NCBI GenBank assembly: GCA_013265495.1
Contig: MU058037.1
Coordinates: 869,498 to 933,497, forward strand
Source: Vicugna vicugna
Lineage: Eukaryota
Direction: 5' to 3'
DNA: 64,000 bases
The position numbers were made by a program, and so were the translations under genes. The notes beneath the pieces were generated by a model. The model did no database searches. It was given only the letters and a program-made list of their open reading frames with translations, and was not told where the DNA came from. Below are positions 13,255 to 26,089 of the stretch, piece by piece. Position 1 is the stretch's first letter. Every line of letters begins with the position of its first letter.

Positions 13255-13510
13255 GATAATAGAAAACACAGATCTGGCCTTATTACATGCCAGGCACCAT
13301 TCTGAGTGCTTTAGGGATGTTAACTCCTATTAACCCTCAAGACACTCAATGAGATGAGGACTGTTATTATTATCTTCATTTTACAGAGAAGAAAACAGAC
13401 ACAATGTGCTCAAGTAACTCGAATGAGGTCACGTTGGCAGTAAGTGGTAGAACCGGGATTGGAACCCAAATTATCTGGCTCCAAAATCAGGACCCTTAAC
13501 CCCAACTAGG
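13255..13510 (-). mobile_element. Near full-length MIR
   Basis: atgccaggcaccattctgagtgcttta...cattttacagagaagaaaacagacaca...aagtggtagaaccgggattggaaccca. Confidence 0.85.
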
Positions 13511-14407
13511 CTTCCTCTTAATGTAGTCATCTCTAAGCCCCCCTCATTACTAGTGATCTGTAATCTTTGACCTCTGATAAAACCAGGCAGGAGAGTAGTA
13601 TATTCCTTTGCCGTATGTTTTGACTTCCTTTGCCTGACACAGGCTGACTTGTGTCTTCCCTCTCATGGCATAATTTACAAGATATATTTATAGCAGCTAG
13701 CAATAACCGGAAAACATCATGTACCTAGTAGGTCCTAATATATCCTGTCTGGAAATGGCAATCCATGTCTGCATCAGGAAGAGATGTGATTTAAATCCTT
13801 AAGAAAATGAATTGTCATATCTTTCCAATACCCTTGCAAATATTTCACCAACTATGGAAGCTTTAGACCATCAAAAACTGATCTTCTGCCAGTTTTATTA
13901 CTAGAATATATCCTTTCAGAATGTAACCTACATTTGTTCAAGTAAGATGCCAATAAACCAGTCATCATCAGTCTGACTAGGATTTTCAGTTTCCACTGGA
14001 GAGCAGTCGTATATATCAGCTCAGGGTAATCAGGCCAGTTTCCATCATCTCTAAAAGTCTGATCCAAAAATTTCTTAGAATATCACTTTCAGATGTCTGA
14101 AAACTTCCCTCTGAACTCATATTATTATGATGGAAGTTATTTAACTCATTTATAAAACATATGCTAATTTCCTACTACATACAGCCCACTATGCTAGGAA
14201 TTGAGATTTGAGGATAGTGACATCCATTGCTTTCTCTGCCCTTTATGATGCTTCAAGTACAGAAGGCGAGAGGGATACAGGACAACAATATTCGAAAGTG
14301 AATGACATGTAGCAAGTGAGACTCTAAGTGTAAGGTGAATATGGAACTGGACATCCTCAAAGATCTAAATTACTGAAATGGTGTCTGGTGCTTATGACTG
14401 AAGATCT

Positions 14408-14560
14408 TCATTCATTCATTCACCAAATAATTACTGAGCACCTATTATTATGTGCCAGGAATTTTGCTGTAAAGAAGATGTTTGCAATCAAGAAGACAGC
14501 TATGGATTCTGCTTTCATGCAGTTTACAGTTTAATTGGGTGATTGACAGATAATTAACAA
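14408..14560 (-). mobile_element. L2 3' end
   Basis: tcattcattcattcaccaaataattactgagcacctattattatgtgccagg. Confidence 0.75.
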
Positions 14561-16134
14561 CTGTTCCACCTCTGGCAGGTGCCGCAAGTCCCTTACCATC
14601 GTAACCTTCCAGGAGCCAATTCTAACTCCTCAAGCATCCATCCTAGCTGATTTTCTTCACTTTGTGCCTTAACTGGTTTCCCCCTTCAGGTCAAGGAGGG
14701 TTCAAATGATGTGTTTTCAAAAGAAAGAGAAAAGGTCATCCTTTTTGCTGTAAAATTCTCTGGCTGGAGCCAAAGGATTCCCAAGCACCAAAAGAAGAGG
14801 CACATGGAGAGGGAACATAGCTAGGCAGAGTGGAATGACTATGGAATTCTCTACATAGTGAAGGGATGAGGTTAAGGGAAGAGGTTTAATGAGCAGTCAT
14901 GCTATTAAACACCAGAAGAGATGACAGGCACCCATCTAACCTGGCTTCTCTGGGCACCCCTTGTGCCCCCTACACAGATCACATCCTCGGCAAATTTGCC
15001 ATGTGACGTGGGTTTTTTTTTTTCTGTTATCTAATAGAAACAAAAGAAAACAAAAACAAAATTCCTAAGGAGGGTAGGAAGTGAGAGAAGGATGGACCAC
15101 TGATGCTGTAAAATCCAAGTGATGGCCTTTATAAAGTGCAACACAACTGCGAAGTGAAATATGCCTTTGACATTCTTTAAAACTTCCGGACATTCTGTCC
15201 ACCCTTCCGAGCAAGAATCCTTTTGGTTCCCTTACTAACTTTACACTTAGATTTCTCACTATAAACAGCAACTAAGGATGTGACTCTGGCTATAACATAT
15301 GACTCAAGCACACCCCTTGGGCACATACTTTGGTCTCTTACCAGATGACCTGCCTGACTTTGACACCCTTCTCTGCTTCAGGAAATTTTGCAAGATGGAG
15401 TTTAAGTGTAACCAGTCCTAATTCCCTTTATCCCCAAAGGCTCCCAAGCCAGCAATCTTGGAATGATCCATGCCTTGCGATTCTCACATTTCCCTTATCT
15501 CTGAGACTACTTCTCATGTTTGCTTTGATGCTACTCGAAAAATATTCACCCCTTGACCTGCAATAGAACTGAAATCCCCATATATATCCTGACCTCTTCT
15601 TGCATCAACCCTTTGCCATACCACCTCCTAATACCTTTCTAAATCCCTCTTGAACACGAGAATTCTGCTCCTTGTAGCCGCCCCAAACTCTCACTCATCT
15701 CAACTTTAGCTATTCTAATCATTTTGTTTAACTCCAGTTTTTGAAAATTCAGCATGTGTTGCTTCTTGCAGCTCAGTTTATAGCCAAGGGCTTCATCCCA
15801 CTTATGTCGGGTTTCCACTGTAAAATTTAATTGGAAAATTGAGGCAAAGATGGGTAATCCAGGGAAGAGCTTAAAGATAAAAATAAAAAACTGAAATGGT
15901 TTTACCATAAATATTGGCTACTCTCCCATCATCTATCTACATCTTGCTTTGAAATAGAAGGGAAAATGAATGAAGACCAAGGAAAAGATCAGGGTAAGAA
16001 AAGGGGTAAGTCGGAAGACACTCAGAATCAAATCTGGCTAAAAAAGAACCAAACTTTGCCCCCTCCCCTACTTTCCCACAGCCCCTTATCAAGTATTACT
16101 TCACATTGGACTTTTGTTGAAAGGTGCCTTGCAA

Positions 16135-16335
16135 AGAGTTTTGAAAAGAGCGTGAACACTGGGAACAGATGAACTTGGACTCTAATCCCAACTCTATCAT
16201 TTGTTTGCTGTATGACCTTGTGCAAGTTACTTATCCTCTCGAAATTGGTTTCCCATCTACAGAATGAGGATAATAGTCCTTCCTTATAGGACTGTTGTGA
16301 GAATTAAATGAGACGACTTAATAAAAAGCATCTGT
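16135..16335 (+). mobile_element. MIR SINE
   Basis: gctgtatgaccttgtgcaagttacttatcctctc...atgaggataatagtcc...ttgtgagaattaaatgaga. Confidence 0.85.
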
Positions 16336-17469
16336 CAGGGGAACACACATAATATCTGGTCGCTCCCTTCCATTACCTTTAACTGAATGATTCAAAGAAT
16401 TTTGTTTCAACATTGATTGATTCTACATTCCACTGAGATGCCAAATCGCAAACCCAGCAAGACAACAGCAGAGACTTCTAACATTTCCCCAAGATTTCCA
16501 CAAGGAGTTAGTCATCTAGGTGGACTAAACTTCATTCAGGCAGGCTACACAGTTTTCGTGCCTTTTAGATAGCAATCCTCAAGCCTACAGTATCTTCAGA
16601 CTGACCTGGTTTGCATACTACATATATATTTCAGAAGGATGGGTTCTAGAAATCTGTTTGTGACAAATTTCTAGGTAGTTCTGACATTCATCCAAGTTTG
16701 AGAGCCTTGCCTCTTTAAAAGATGCTTCACTACTACAGTTTCATTTATAAACCAAGTCACATCCCCCCAACTATGTTAAAAAGTCCAGGGAGATACTACT
16801 TGTCTGACCACTAATAAATATGTCATTGCTCAACATCACTGTTTTCTGGAGGTCCCAGTCTATGTGAATTAACTTTTTGAATTTTTGTTCAATTCTTAAG
16901 GTAATTTTGCAGGTCTTGAATGCCAGTGGCCTGAAGACAATTATTATAAATAAACTAAAAATAAAATGTAGTCGAATTTGCAGAAGTCTGCCAATGGCCA
17001 AACTAAATCTATAAATGGTAGAATAACTTACAACTAACATGAACAAATGATGGATCAGTAAATGTACTAAAGCCACCTGTGCCAAAACCTTTAGCAAGAT
17101 CTCCAGCCTATGTAACCTGCCCAAGTCCCTGAAGCCCTTCCCTCCAGGATGGATGGATCCTATCTCATATGCAAGGTGTTCCAAAGCAAAGCATCAGACA
17201 GTGCACTGTACACTGGGAATGTCACCTGGGATACTTTAGCCAGGCAAGCTGAAAGTATTCAAGAGGGGAAAGTAATAAAAGAATACTTAGTACATTAGTG
17301 GACATCACAAGTTCTGATTTTAAAAGATGTGTTCTCAAACAAAGTATGTTTAAGAAAAGGTACTTTAATTTTTCTTCATTTGGGCATTAAAAAATCTCTA
17401 CAAGCTTCACTCACTCATCCATCGATGTCACTGAACCAGCGTTTACTGATGATATGTTATTTTCTAGGG

Positions 17470-17765
17470 TTGGCTGTTGCAGACGCTCTAGATGCCCCTG
17501 CCCACCCTCTGCTTAGCTCTCATCACACCCTTTCACACCAGTGGCTTTTTTGGCAACCCCCTGATTTTCCACCAAAGGGTATTCTGGAACTAAGTTAAAA
17601 GTACAGCACAGGCCCAAATACCAGGAGCTAAGACCTCTCAGTCAATAAAGGATGGGGGTTGGCAGAGAAACATCCCAGTGTCCTCACCTTGGAGTGAGAC
17701 ACGTCTGACGAGAGTTCTGTACAGCTTCCCAAAAGTCCCCAGTGAGATCAGCCCCAGGTGCCGTG
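17470..17765 (+). mobile_element. LTR16-like ERVL LTR fragment inside a minus-strand L2 remnant (about 17405-17990)
   Basis: tgttgcagacgctctagatgcccctgccca...ggatgggggttggcagagaaacatcccag...gttctgtacagcttcccaaaagtccccagtgagatcagccccagg; L2-like flanks ttcactcactcatcc.. and ggaaggcctcacagatgagg. Confidence 0.65.
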
Positions 17766-18129
17766 CCCTGGAGACTCAAACACAGTTTGCGAGACAGACC
17801 CAAGCCAGCTGGTAAGTGCTGTATGGTAATAGAAAATATATCCAGACAGCACAGGAGGAACGACTCTCCATGCACGTTAAGGAAGGCCTCACAGATGAGG
17901 TCAACATTTTAGTTGTCAAAAGTATGTGCAGAAGCTTAACATCTATCTAAGAAGAGAAAGGGCATTTCAGACCATGAGAGCAGCATGCAAAAAGCACCAT
18001 ATCCCCCCACCTACCCTACCATTTCTTACACACACGCATGCAAGATCCCTGCGCGATTCTGTACACTTCGAGAGCAGAGCACACTGGGAAGAAATGCCGA
18101 AGATTAAATTAGAAAAGGAATTCGTTTTT

Positions 18130-18592
18130 TGGTAGCGGATGTCCCGATGCACCTTGCCTCCCGTAACTAGTCTCTCGGGTAGTCTTCTCCCACACTGAAT
18201 CTGGACCAGCCTTAGGACTCCTCTGCAGTCAACAAAATGCAGCAGAAGTAAGCTCTGTGGCTCTGGGCCTCAGGTTGGAGGAGACCTGACTGCTGCTGTC
18301 CTACACGTTACGGAGCCCTGAGCTACCACATAAGAAGCCCGGCCACCCCGCTGGAGATGTCACGAAGAGGGATCAAGTGGGGAGGAGGGACCCTAGAGTC
18401 CTAGGTTCCCCTCTCAACACAGCTGCCCCACCCGAAGCGCCGGAGCTCCGAGTTCAGCCACCTGTTTATACCAGCCTCAGATGCCATCTTGAGGGATCCC
18501 AAGAGAAACTAGCCCACAGAACTGTGAGAAATAAAAGTTTGTTTTAAGCAACTGTTTCCAGTTGATTTGTTCTGCAGCAACAGAGAACCAAA
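18130..18592 (+). mobile_element. MaLR LTR (MLT1 family)
   Basis: ccacactgaatctggaccagccttaggact...ggagccctgagctaccacataagaagcccggccacccc...cccacagaactgtgagaaataaaagtttgttttaagc...gcagcaacagagaacca. Confidence 0.8.
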
Positions 18593-18714
18593 ATGTGAAG
18601 GGTCTTAAAAGCTACAATGAGCGGCCCGCACGTAATTCGAGACAAAAGACATTAACAAACTGATTGGAGGTCGATGAAATCGTTTTGGAGAGGAGAAGGG
18701 TCTGAAAGAGGAGC

Positions 18715-18935
18715 CACCATTTATCATCAAGGGTCCACTATGTTCCAGATACTTTTTAACTCTTATCTTATTTAATTATCACAAAACATTATGAGGTAGG
18801 CACTATTATCCACAATTTGTAGGTATAGAATTGAGAATCAGAGTTTGACAAGCTCACCCCAGGTCACAGCGTTAGAGCTGAGACTAAGCCCAGGACTCTG
18901 TAATTCCAAAAGCCTTGTTCTTTTCGTGACTACAC
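18715..18935 (-). mobile_element. MIR SINE
   Basis: tatgaggtaggcactattatccacaattt...cacccaggtcacagc. Confidence 0.8.
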
Positions 18936-19682
18936 CATGATGCTGAGAGACAGAGACAGCGTGGTAGGAAAGGCTGTATTTGAGACACATTTGTGAGGTA
19001 GAATTCACAAATATGGTGAATGACTGGGATGTATCTGGGTCATGGAGAGCATTCAGCAATGATACTGCCTTCTATCTCAAGTGACAGGTTATTATAAAAG
19101 GTGCATGGTTACACACTGTAGAATTAAAAGTGAAGAATCAGGTAAAAAGTAACTCATTTGACATGGAAAGGAATAAGATAAATATGAGGCCATTCGGGGT
19201 TTTGCATTTGGACAGTGCTTTACAGAACTGATGATCATATATATAAAGAAGATCTAGGAAAGTAAGAAATTCCAAACCACTGCATATAGAAAGGACTCAA
19301 AATATTTCTAACTCAGCCCTCCGGGTTTCAGGTCAGAGGCTGCCTTACTTTAAGTCCTCTGAGGTTTTTATACCAGGGCTGGGAGAACTTACTTAAATCA
19401 AGAGCCACTGAAAGAAAATATTCTCTCATTCATTGTCCAAAGGGCAGGTTTTTTACTTTATCAGAATTAGAAAGGAAGAGTTCAGCAAAATATTTTTAAG
19501 AAATATAGCAACACCATAAAAATTTTATATTAATACCATTTTTCAAGAACTGAAAATTTTTTTAAAAAGATATAAAAGTGAAAACTGTATTCACCAGAAA
19601 AAAAATACTATCCACACATTGATCCATTCTGAAGCACCAGAGGTAGGAGGCAGAATATTCCTGTGAGGGCCATGGACACTCA

Positions 19683-19720
19683 GAAAAGAAAAGAAAAAAA
19701 GAAAAAGAAAGAAAGAAAAA
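19683..19720. repeat. (GAAAA/GAAA)n simple repeat
   Basis: gaaaagaaaagaaaaaaagaaaaagaaagaaagaaaaa. Confidence 0.85.
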
Positions 19721-20149
19721 CTCAGTCAAAGCTCCCATAGGAAACAGTAACTTTATTTTTGTTGTGTTTTAGAGCAAGAGAAAGGTTAAGTGTTCTCTGC
19801 TTTAAAAATTAACAAAAGGGAGCACAAAATACTATCTAACATGTGAAATTTTATCTTTGTTTTATTTATACTAAAATTATTTCTCTCTTGAATCTGTGCA
19901 ATGAATACAGACAATAAAGAAACTAAGTGAACCAGGCCTTGCTGATTCTATAGTCCATGGGCTCCCCAATACACCAGGCTGCCTATTACAGAATCAAAAG
20001 GATGTCCTTCCCTAGAACACAGCTCCTAGAAAAGGAGATGTGAAAAAACGTTTTCCAAGGGAACATTATGCTCCAGAGTGAGCTTACTATCCCCCCAAAC
20101 ACACCACCCTGTTAGTATGGTGGGATGAGCTGAATTTTCCAAAGGGGGT

Positions 20150-20580
20150 CACAATAATGTCGGTATGACTTCCAAGGGTAGATCAGAAGAAGCCTTGCAG
20201 TTTCTTCCTTGGGCTTTTGAATGCTCAGTCTCCAGGTGCTCCCTTTTTGGATGCTCTCTTAGGAACCCAGTCACCATTCTGTAAGAAGCCCAAGCCACAT
20301 GGAGAAGCCACATGCAGGTGCTCTGGTCAACAATCCTTGGGAGCCCAGCCACTGTGTCCATCCCAGACATGGGAGGGGAGAAGCCCCTAGATGACTCCAG
20401 CCAGCAGCTCTCAAGCCACCCTAGCCAACTGGGTCTTCTCAGATGAGGACCCAGACACTGTAGAACAAAAATAGTCCCTCCCCATCATGCCCTGCCCCAA
20501 TTCCTGACCCACAAAAAAAGCTGTTGTTTTCCACCACTAAGTGTTGGGTGGTTTGTTATATGGCAAAAAAGAACCAAACT
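20150..20580 (+). mobile_element. MaLR LTR (MLT1 family)
   Basis: ggaacccagtcaccattctgtaagaagcccaagccacatggagaagccacatg...aattcctgacccaca...ccactaagtgttgggtggtttgtta. Confidence 0.85.
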
Positions 20581-20829
20581 ACACGCACTTGGCAAACACT
20601 CTTCCCTCTTCCCTGCCTCGCTGCCTCCCATCTTCACGTATCATTTTACCCACCATCTTCCCTAGGAAGCATCTATCAGCCACCCTCCAGCTGCCGACAA
20701 AAGTGAAAACAATGGGCTTGTAATACTTATACAATTTTAAAACAAGTCTCTCCCCTCTTCCCCTTCTACTCAGATTGCCTTTTATGGATCAATTCTGGAG
20801 CCACCAACTCTTCCCACACCTACTCATAC

Positions 20830-21000
20830 AGAGGACATCTCACATTGTATCTGTTCAACAGTTGGCTTCTCCCAACACACTGGTGTTCTCTGAGCGTTGA
20901 ATGGTATCTGGTTTACTTCCCAGAGTCTAGTATAGTATATGATACAGAATAGCTACTTCATATGTATTTACTGAATGAATGAGTGAAGGAATGAATGGAT
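20830..21000 (+). mobile_element. L2 3' end
   Basis: tatttactgaatgaatgagtgaaggaatgaatgg tail. Confidence 0.6.
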
Positions 21001-21169
21001 CTACACATGGCACCAGCCATCCAACTAGCACACTAAGGCAGGGCACAAGCAGAGGCACACTTGACCTAAGGGAACCTGCAAGGACTAAGTGTCCATGAGC
21101 CTGATCCCTCCCTTCAAAGCTAGGAGGACTTTAGGAATATACTTTTCAAAACTCAAAAAGAACAAAAAT

Positions 21170-21320
21170 ACTAGCTCACAATAGCACTCATTACTAAGTG
21201 TTGTACACAAATTTACCCATTTACTGTTCACAACTTTAGAAGGCAGTTATTAACTCCACTTTAAAAATTAAAAAAACAGACATAAAGAGATTGAACAACT
21301 TGCCCAACATCATAGTAGGA
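21170..21320 (-). mobile_element. MIR fragment
   Basis: aggcagttattaactccactt...agagattgaacaacttgcccaacatcata. Confidence 0.65.
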
Positions 21321-21839
21321 GATTTACTCCCCCCAAGACCAGAAAATCTGCTCAGCTGCCAGCACTAGCATCAACGAAAATTCTAGATGTATAGCAGCCG
21401 AAAAGGAACCATAACCCATGGCTATCCAGTACCCTTCCATCTTCCTCCCCCTCAACACAAGATGGAAAAAGAAAAAAAAAAGACAATGAAGCCTTAAAAA
21501 AAGAACATCCAAAAGAATCTGCAATACCATATTGACTCCTACCACTTATAATGAACACAAGATCCCATCGACAGTAGAAAGTTTTGAAGAAAAACATAAA
21601 AACCAAAGTCAAGAAGCACAGTTAATAAAACACTAGCTAGTCATAGTTCTAACATGAATTTTAACTGTAAATAATATAAAAAATGGTATGTGCCCAGCAA
21701 TTTGAAGAATCATGACTAACAAATGACAAATTCACCCCTGAATCAAAATAACGAATCTCACATTGATCTTCTTACCCCAGCCAACATTTCAGCTTGATGA
21801 AACTTTTGCCTGGTTCTGCCAATTTACATTACGCTCTGG

Positions 21840-23000
21840 GAACTTCTGGTTTCCATTCTGGCACGTAAAGCATCTGGAAGTCATCATGCCCATCCACACA
21901 ACAAGAAAAAAAAAAGTTCAGTAAAGTGAAAACAAAGAGCTGCAGTCAGAGGGCAAACTGCTGCCCCCACCGCTGCAGAGGGAGATGTGCAAACAGAAAA
22001 TTAGCTCACCAGAGCAGAACGTCCCAGGGAACCAGTCTAGCAGAGGAAAACCTAAACTGTAAATGATGAATTGCTAGAGGCTCAGTGTGGACAAGTCTGA
22101 GAGTTTAAACAGTGCAAGGGTCCCAGTCTCATGGCGGCTCCCACACTTTTGCGAGTTTTACCTCCAGGAGGCCTACCAGGTCCTCATGGTGAAAACAGGA
22201 GAAAAACCTTGCAGCAAGACGAGGGGGAAAGTAGCCGTTCTGACATACACCGGAGCACTGTGCTCTTCAGGCCTGCCCTCAAAAGCAACAATTTCACCAG
22301 AAATCATTTTACCCGTGTCTAACCGGCTTCAGGGGAGTCAGGGACAGAAAGCACCAACTCTAGCCTCCTCTGGCCTTCCTATCTCACCTAAAGGGTTGGG
22401 GGTGAGTATGGATAACTGAGATGGACCAGTAAAGTTCACAGTCAAGGGGAACAGGCTTACTAAGAGGCCAAGACCTAATCATAGGACTAGATGTGTCCCC
22501 TCCACTCACACCTTACCACTGCATCACTCAGGTTCTATCTACCTCAATTCCTTTTACTCAATATATCAAGTCTAGCTTTCAAAAGAAATTACAAGGCATA
22601 GTAAAAGGAAAAAAAAAAAACAATTTGAAGAGACAGATCAAGGGCCAGATCCAGGCTCAGATATGGGAGGGATGTTGGAAATGTCACACCAGGAGCTAAA
22701 AATTACTATGATTAATATGCTAAGGGCTCTAATGAAAACAGTAGGCAACATGCAAGAACAGACAGGAAATATAAGCACAGAGATGGAGATTCTAAGAAGG
22801 AATCAAAAAGTGCTAGAAATCAAAAACACTGTAAGAGAAATGAAAAATGCCTTTAATGGGTTCATCTGCAGGGTGGACACAGTTGAGGAAAGAATCAGTG
22901 GGCTTGAAGACATGCCAAAAGAAACTTCAAAACTGAAATGCAGAGAGAAAAAAAAAAAAGGACTGAATAAGCAGAGAATATCCAAGAACTGAAGGACAAA
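21840..23000 (+). mobile_element. Old L1 (L1M type) 5'UTR plus start of ORF1, 3' part missing
   Basis: ORF 22663-22992 (ELKITMINMLRALMKTVGNMQEQ...LEIKNTVREMKNAFNGFICRVDTVEERISGLED) is the L1 ORF1p coiled coil; the upstream sequence resembles the 5'UTR starting at 35165. Confidence 0.85.
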
Positions 23001-23364
23001 TTACATTACACTTTGGATCTCACAGTATTCTCACCATCATCTCTATTTGTCAAGAAGCTAACCACAAATGATTAATCCAACACTTATATACATGTTCACC
23101 CATGTAGGCGGAGGCCTATATTATGAATGACACATAAACACAGAAATCCTAAATGTCAACAAGATCACTACTTTGAGTTATAAAGAAATAGCACTTCTAG
23201 GGTATATACTTCTCTGAGAAAAAGCATCTTTCTGAGGATTGTCTTGTAATTTATCATCACAAATTTCCTTTCGGCTGCCCCTATACCGGCGCTACCTTCA
23301 CAGAATGAACTGGAGGTGGACTCTCAACGGACAATGTGTTTGAGAGAACTAGGGGAGTCTTTGA

Positions 23365-23638
23365 CAGCAGCACTATCCAACAGAAATACACCATGAGTTG
23401 GCGTGTGTACTTTTAAATTTTCTAGTACTTTCATGAAAAGTGCATAAAGAAACAGATAAACATGATATTGTATTTTATTTAACCCAACACATCCAAAATA
23501 CTATCATTGCAACATATCAATATTTTTAAATTATTGAGATATTTTACATTCCTTCTTGCATACTAAGCTTCAAAATCCCATGTATCCTGTGCTCAAAAGC
23601 TACACATGGTTAGGGCTACATATTGGACAGTATAGTTC
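23365..23638. mobile_element. MER33-like hAT-Charlie MITE
   Basis: cagcactatccaacagaaat...tttaaattttctagta...ctacacatggttagggctacatattggacagtatag. Confidence 0.8.
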
Positions 23639-23700
23639 TAGGGCCTTAAATCTAAATGTGTGATTCCCAGACTAGAAGCACCAGAATAAACTGGGAACTT

Positions 23701-25034
23701 TTTAAATTGAAGTACAGTTGCTGTACAATATTATGTGAGTTTCAGGTGTACAATATAGTGATTCACAGTTTCTAAAGGTTATACTTCACTCATAGGTATT
23801 ACAAAACATTGGCTATATTCCCTGTGTTATACAATATACCCCTGTAGCTTATTTGTTTTATACACAGTAGTTTGTACCTCTTAATCCCCTACCTCTATTG
23901 TGTCCTTCACCCACTGGTAACCACTAATTTGTTCTCTAAATCTGTCAGTCTGTTTCTGTTTGTTATATTGACTAGATTGTTGTATTTATTAGATTCCACA
24001 TATAAGTGATATCATATAGTATTTGGCTTTCTCGGTTTGACTTATTTCACTCAGTGTAATATCCTCCAAGTCTATCCATGTTGCTGCAAACGGCAAAATT
24101 GTGTTTTTATGGCTGAGTAGTATCCATTGTGTATATACACACATCTTGATCCATTCATCTGTCGATGGACAGTCAGGTTGCTTCCATATTTTGGCAGCTG
24201 TAAATGATGCTGCCATGAACATTGGAGTGCATCTTTTTGAATTAGTGTTTTTGATGTTTCGTATTTATACTCAGGCATGAAATTGCTGCATCATATTGTA
24301 GTTATATTTTAAGTTTCTTGAGAAACCTCCGTACTGTCTTCCACAGTGGCTGCACCAACATACAGGCATTCCCTTTTCTCCACATACTCGCCTACATTCT
24401 TTATTTGTGGTCTTTTTGATAATAGCCATTCTGACAGGTGGGAGGTGAGATCTCATTGTGGTTTTGATTTGCACTTCCCTGATGATTAGTGATGTTGAGC
24501 TTCTTTTCAAGTGCCTGTTGGCCATCTGTGTTTCCTCTTTGGAAAAATGATGATTCAGCTCTTCTGCCCATTTTTTAATTTTTTTTTTAATGTTGAGTTG
24601 TATGAACTGTTTATATACGTATATATAACTATACTGAATTCATTGATGAGCTCAAGTAGTTTTCAGGTTGCTTCTTTAGGCTTTTGCATGTATAGTATCA
24701 TGTCATCTGCAAACGGTTTTACTTCTTTTCCAATATGGATTCCTTTTTTTATTCCTTTTCTTCTCTGACTGCTGTGGCTGGGACTTCCAGTACTATGTTG
24801 AATGAAAGCGGCGACAGTGGGCATCCTTGCCTTGTTCCTGATCTTAGAGCAAATGCTTTCAGCTTTTCACCACTGAGTATGATGCTAGCTGTGGGCTTGT
24901 CATATATGGCCTTTATTATGTTGAGGTGTGTTCCGTCTATACCCACTTTCTGGAGAGTTTTTATCATAAGTAGATGTTGAATTTCATCCAAAGCTTTTTC
25001 TGCATCTACTGAGATGAGCATATGGTTTTTATAC
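23701..25034 (-). mobile_element. L1 (3'UTR plus ORF2 pieces) inserted into a MER5A-like element, with an internal deletion
   Basis: ORF2p peptides [28 protein letters not shown] and [11 protein letters not shown]...[27 protein letters not shown] (RT domain); flanked by ctgggaactt (23691-23700) and ctgggaattt (25035-25044). Confidence 0.95.
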
Positions 25035-25155
25035 CTGGGAATTTGTTAAATTCAGAATCTTTAGTCTCACCCAGAACTACTGAGGCAGAATCTGCATTTT
25101 AACAGGATTCCCCCATCAGGTGATTAGTGCCCATTAAAATTTGAGAAGCACTGGT
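25035..25155. mobile_element. MER5A-like MITE (right part; left part at about 23660-23700)
   Basis: cagaatctgcattttaacaggattcccc...aggtgat...aaaatttgagaagcactg. Confidence 0.8.
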
Positions 25156-26089
25156 TTAGTATGATGGGCCTTCAGGAGAAATGAGAAAAGTACATAAAGG
25201 AGATAGGACAGTGCAAAGTTTAATGTGCTCTAACCAGCTCCCAGGTGATGCTGATGCTACTGGTCCTCTGACCACACTTCTAATAGCAAAGAGAGTTTAG
25301 TCCAGAAATACACACTGAATACTTTGTATTTTCCAAGCCCTACGTCCGATAAAAATGTATTAGATTCAATCTAGCCCCTGAACAACCTATGTCTTCTTGG
25401 AAAGACAAGACCATTGCAGATGAAAACACCAGAAAGCAATAAAGGGCAGTATTACTAAAACAGCAAAATATTGAATCAGACAGGGAGTGCTGTGAGCTAT
25501 CAGGGAAATGAACAATTTGAGTATGGGTCAATGTCAGCAGAAAATGAAGCTTCCCTGGTTACCAGAGAGGAGTTTAAGCTGGACTGTTAAAGAGGCATAG
25601 CTGCCTTTAAAGAAAAGGTCAAAGTGGGGATCGGAGAGTGGGCTCTGCTTACTCTGTGCAATAATTCTTGGTTACTCGTTGTTTTCTCCAAGCGATCTCA
25701 AATGTTCTGATTGTATACAGCTAGCAGTAAAAATATTGTTCACACATATCCTCAGATGATGTAAATTTATTTCTAAGCTATATACACATACTATGCCAAT
25801 CCATAAAGTAAATATTAATAAAGATTAATTTCTTATCTTTTAGAATAAAGATATACACACATATTCCAATATTGTCTTCCTGCTCTCTAATAGATTTTGG
25901 AAGCCACTGCTCTAAGCCAGGAAAACATCTCAGCACTCAGCAGTGTGTGATGCAATAAACAGAGGTACCAACTGGTAAAAAAAAAAAAAAAAACTGCCAG
26001 GAGACTGGAGAGTTGTCACAACTTGATGTTGCAGTGGTAGATCTCCCCCAAGGAAAGAGTTTAGCCCATCACAAAAGGGTGAGCTGTGC

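Noticed and set aside
14540..14549. Exact PBX-PREP decamer TGATTGACAG
   Set aside because: Single motif inside a decayed L2 fragment with no supporting cluster.
16771..17184. Longest ORF in the track (137 aa, - strand)
   Set aside because: No recognisable domain, a non-ATG start, and L/I/F-rich composition expected from AT-rich non-coding DNA.
22663..22992. Coiled-coil ORF as a cellular gene
   Set aside because: It is a truncated L1 ORF1p remnant.
24749..25021. Reverse-transcriptase peptide as a novel RT system (retron or DGR-like)
   Set aside because: It is the standard L1 ORF2p [10 protein letters not shown] region in a truncated, internally deleted L1.
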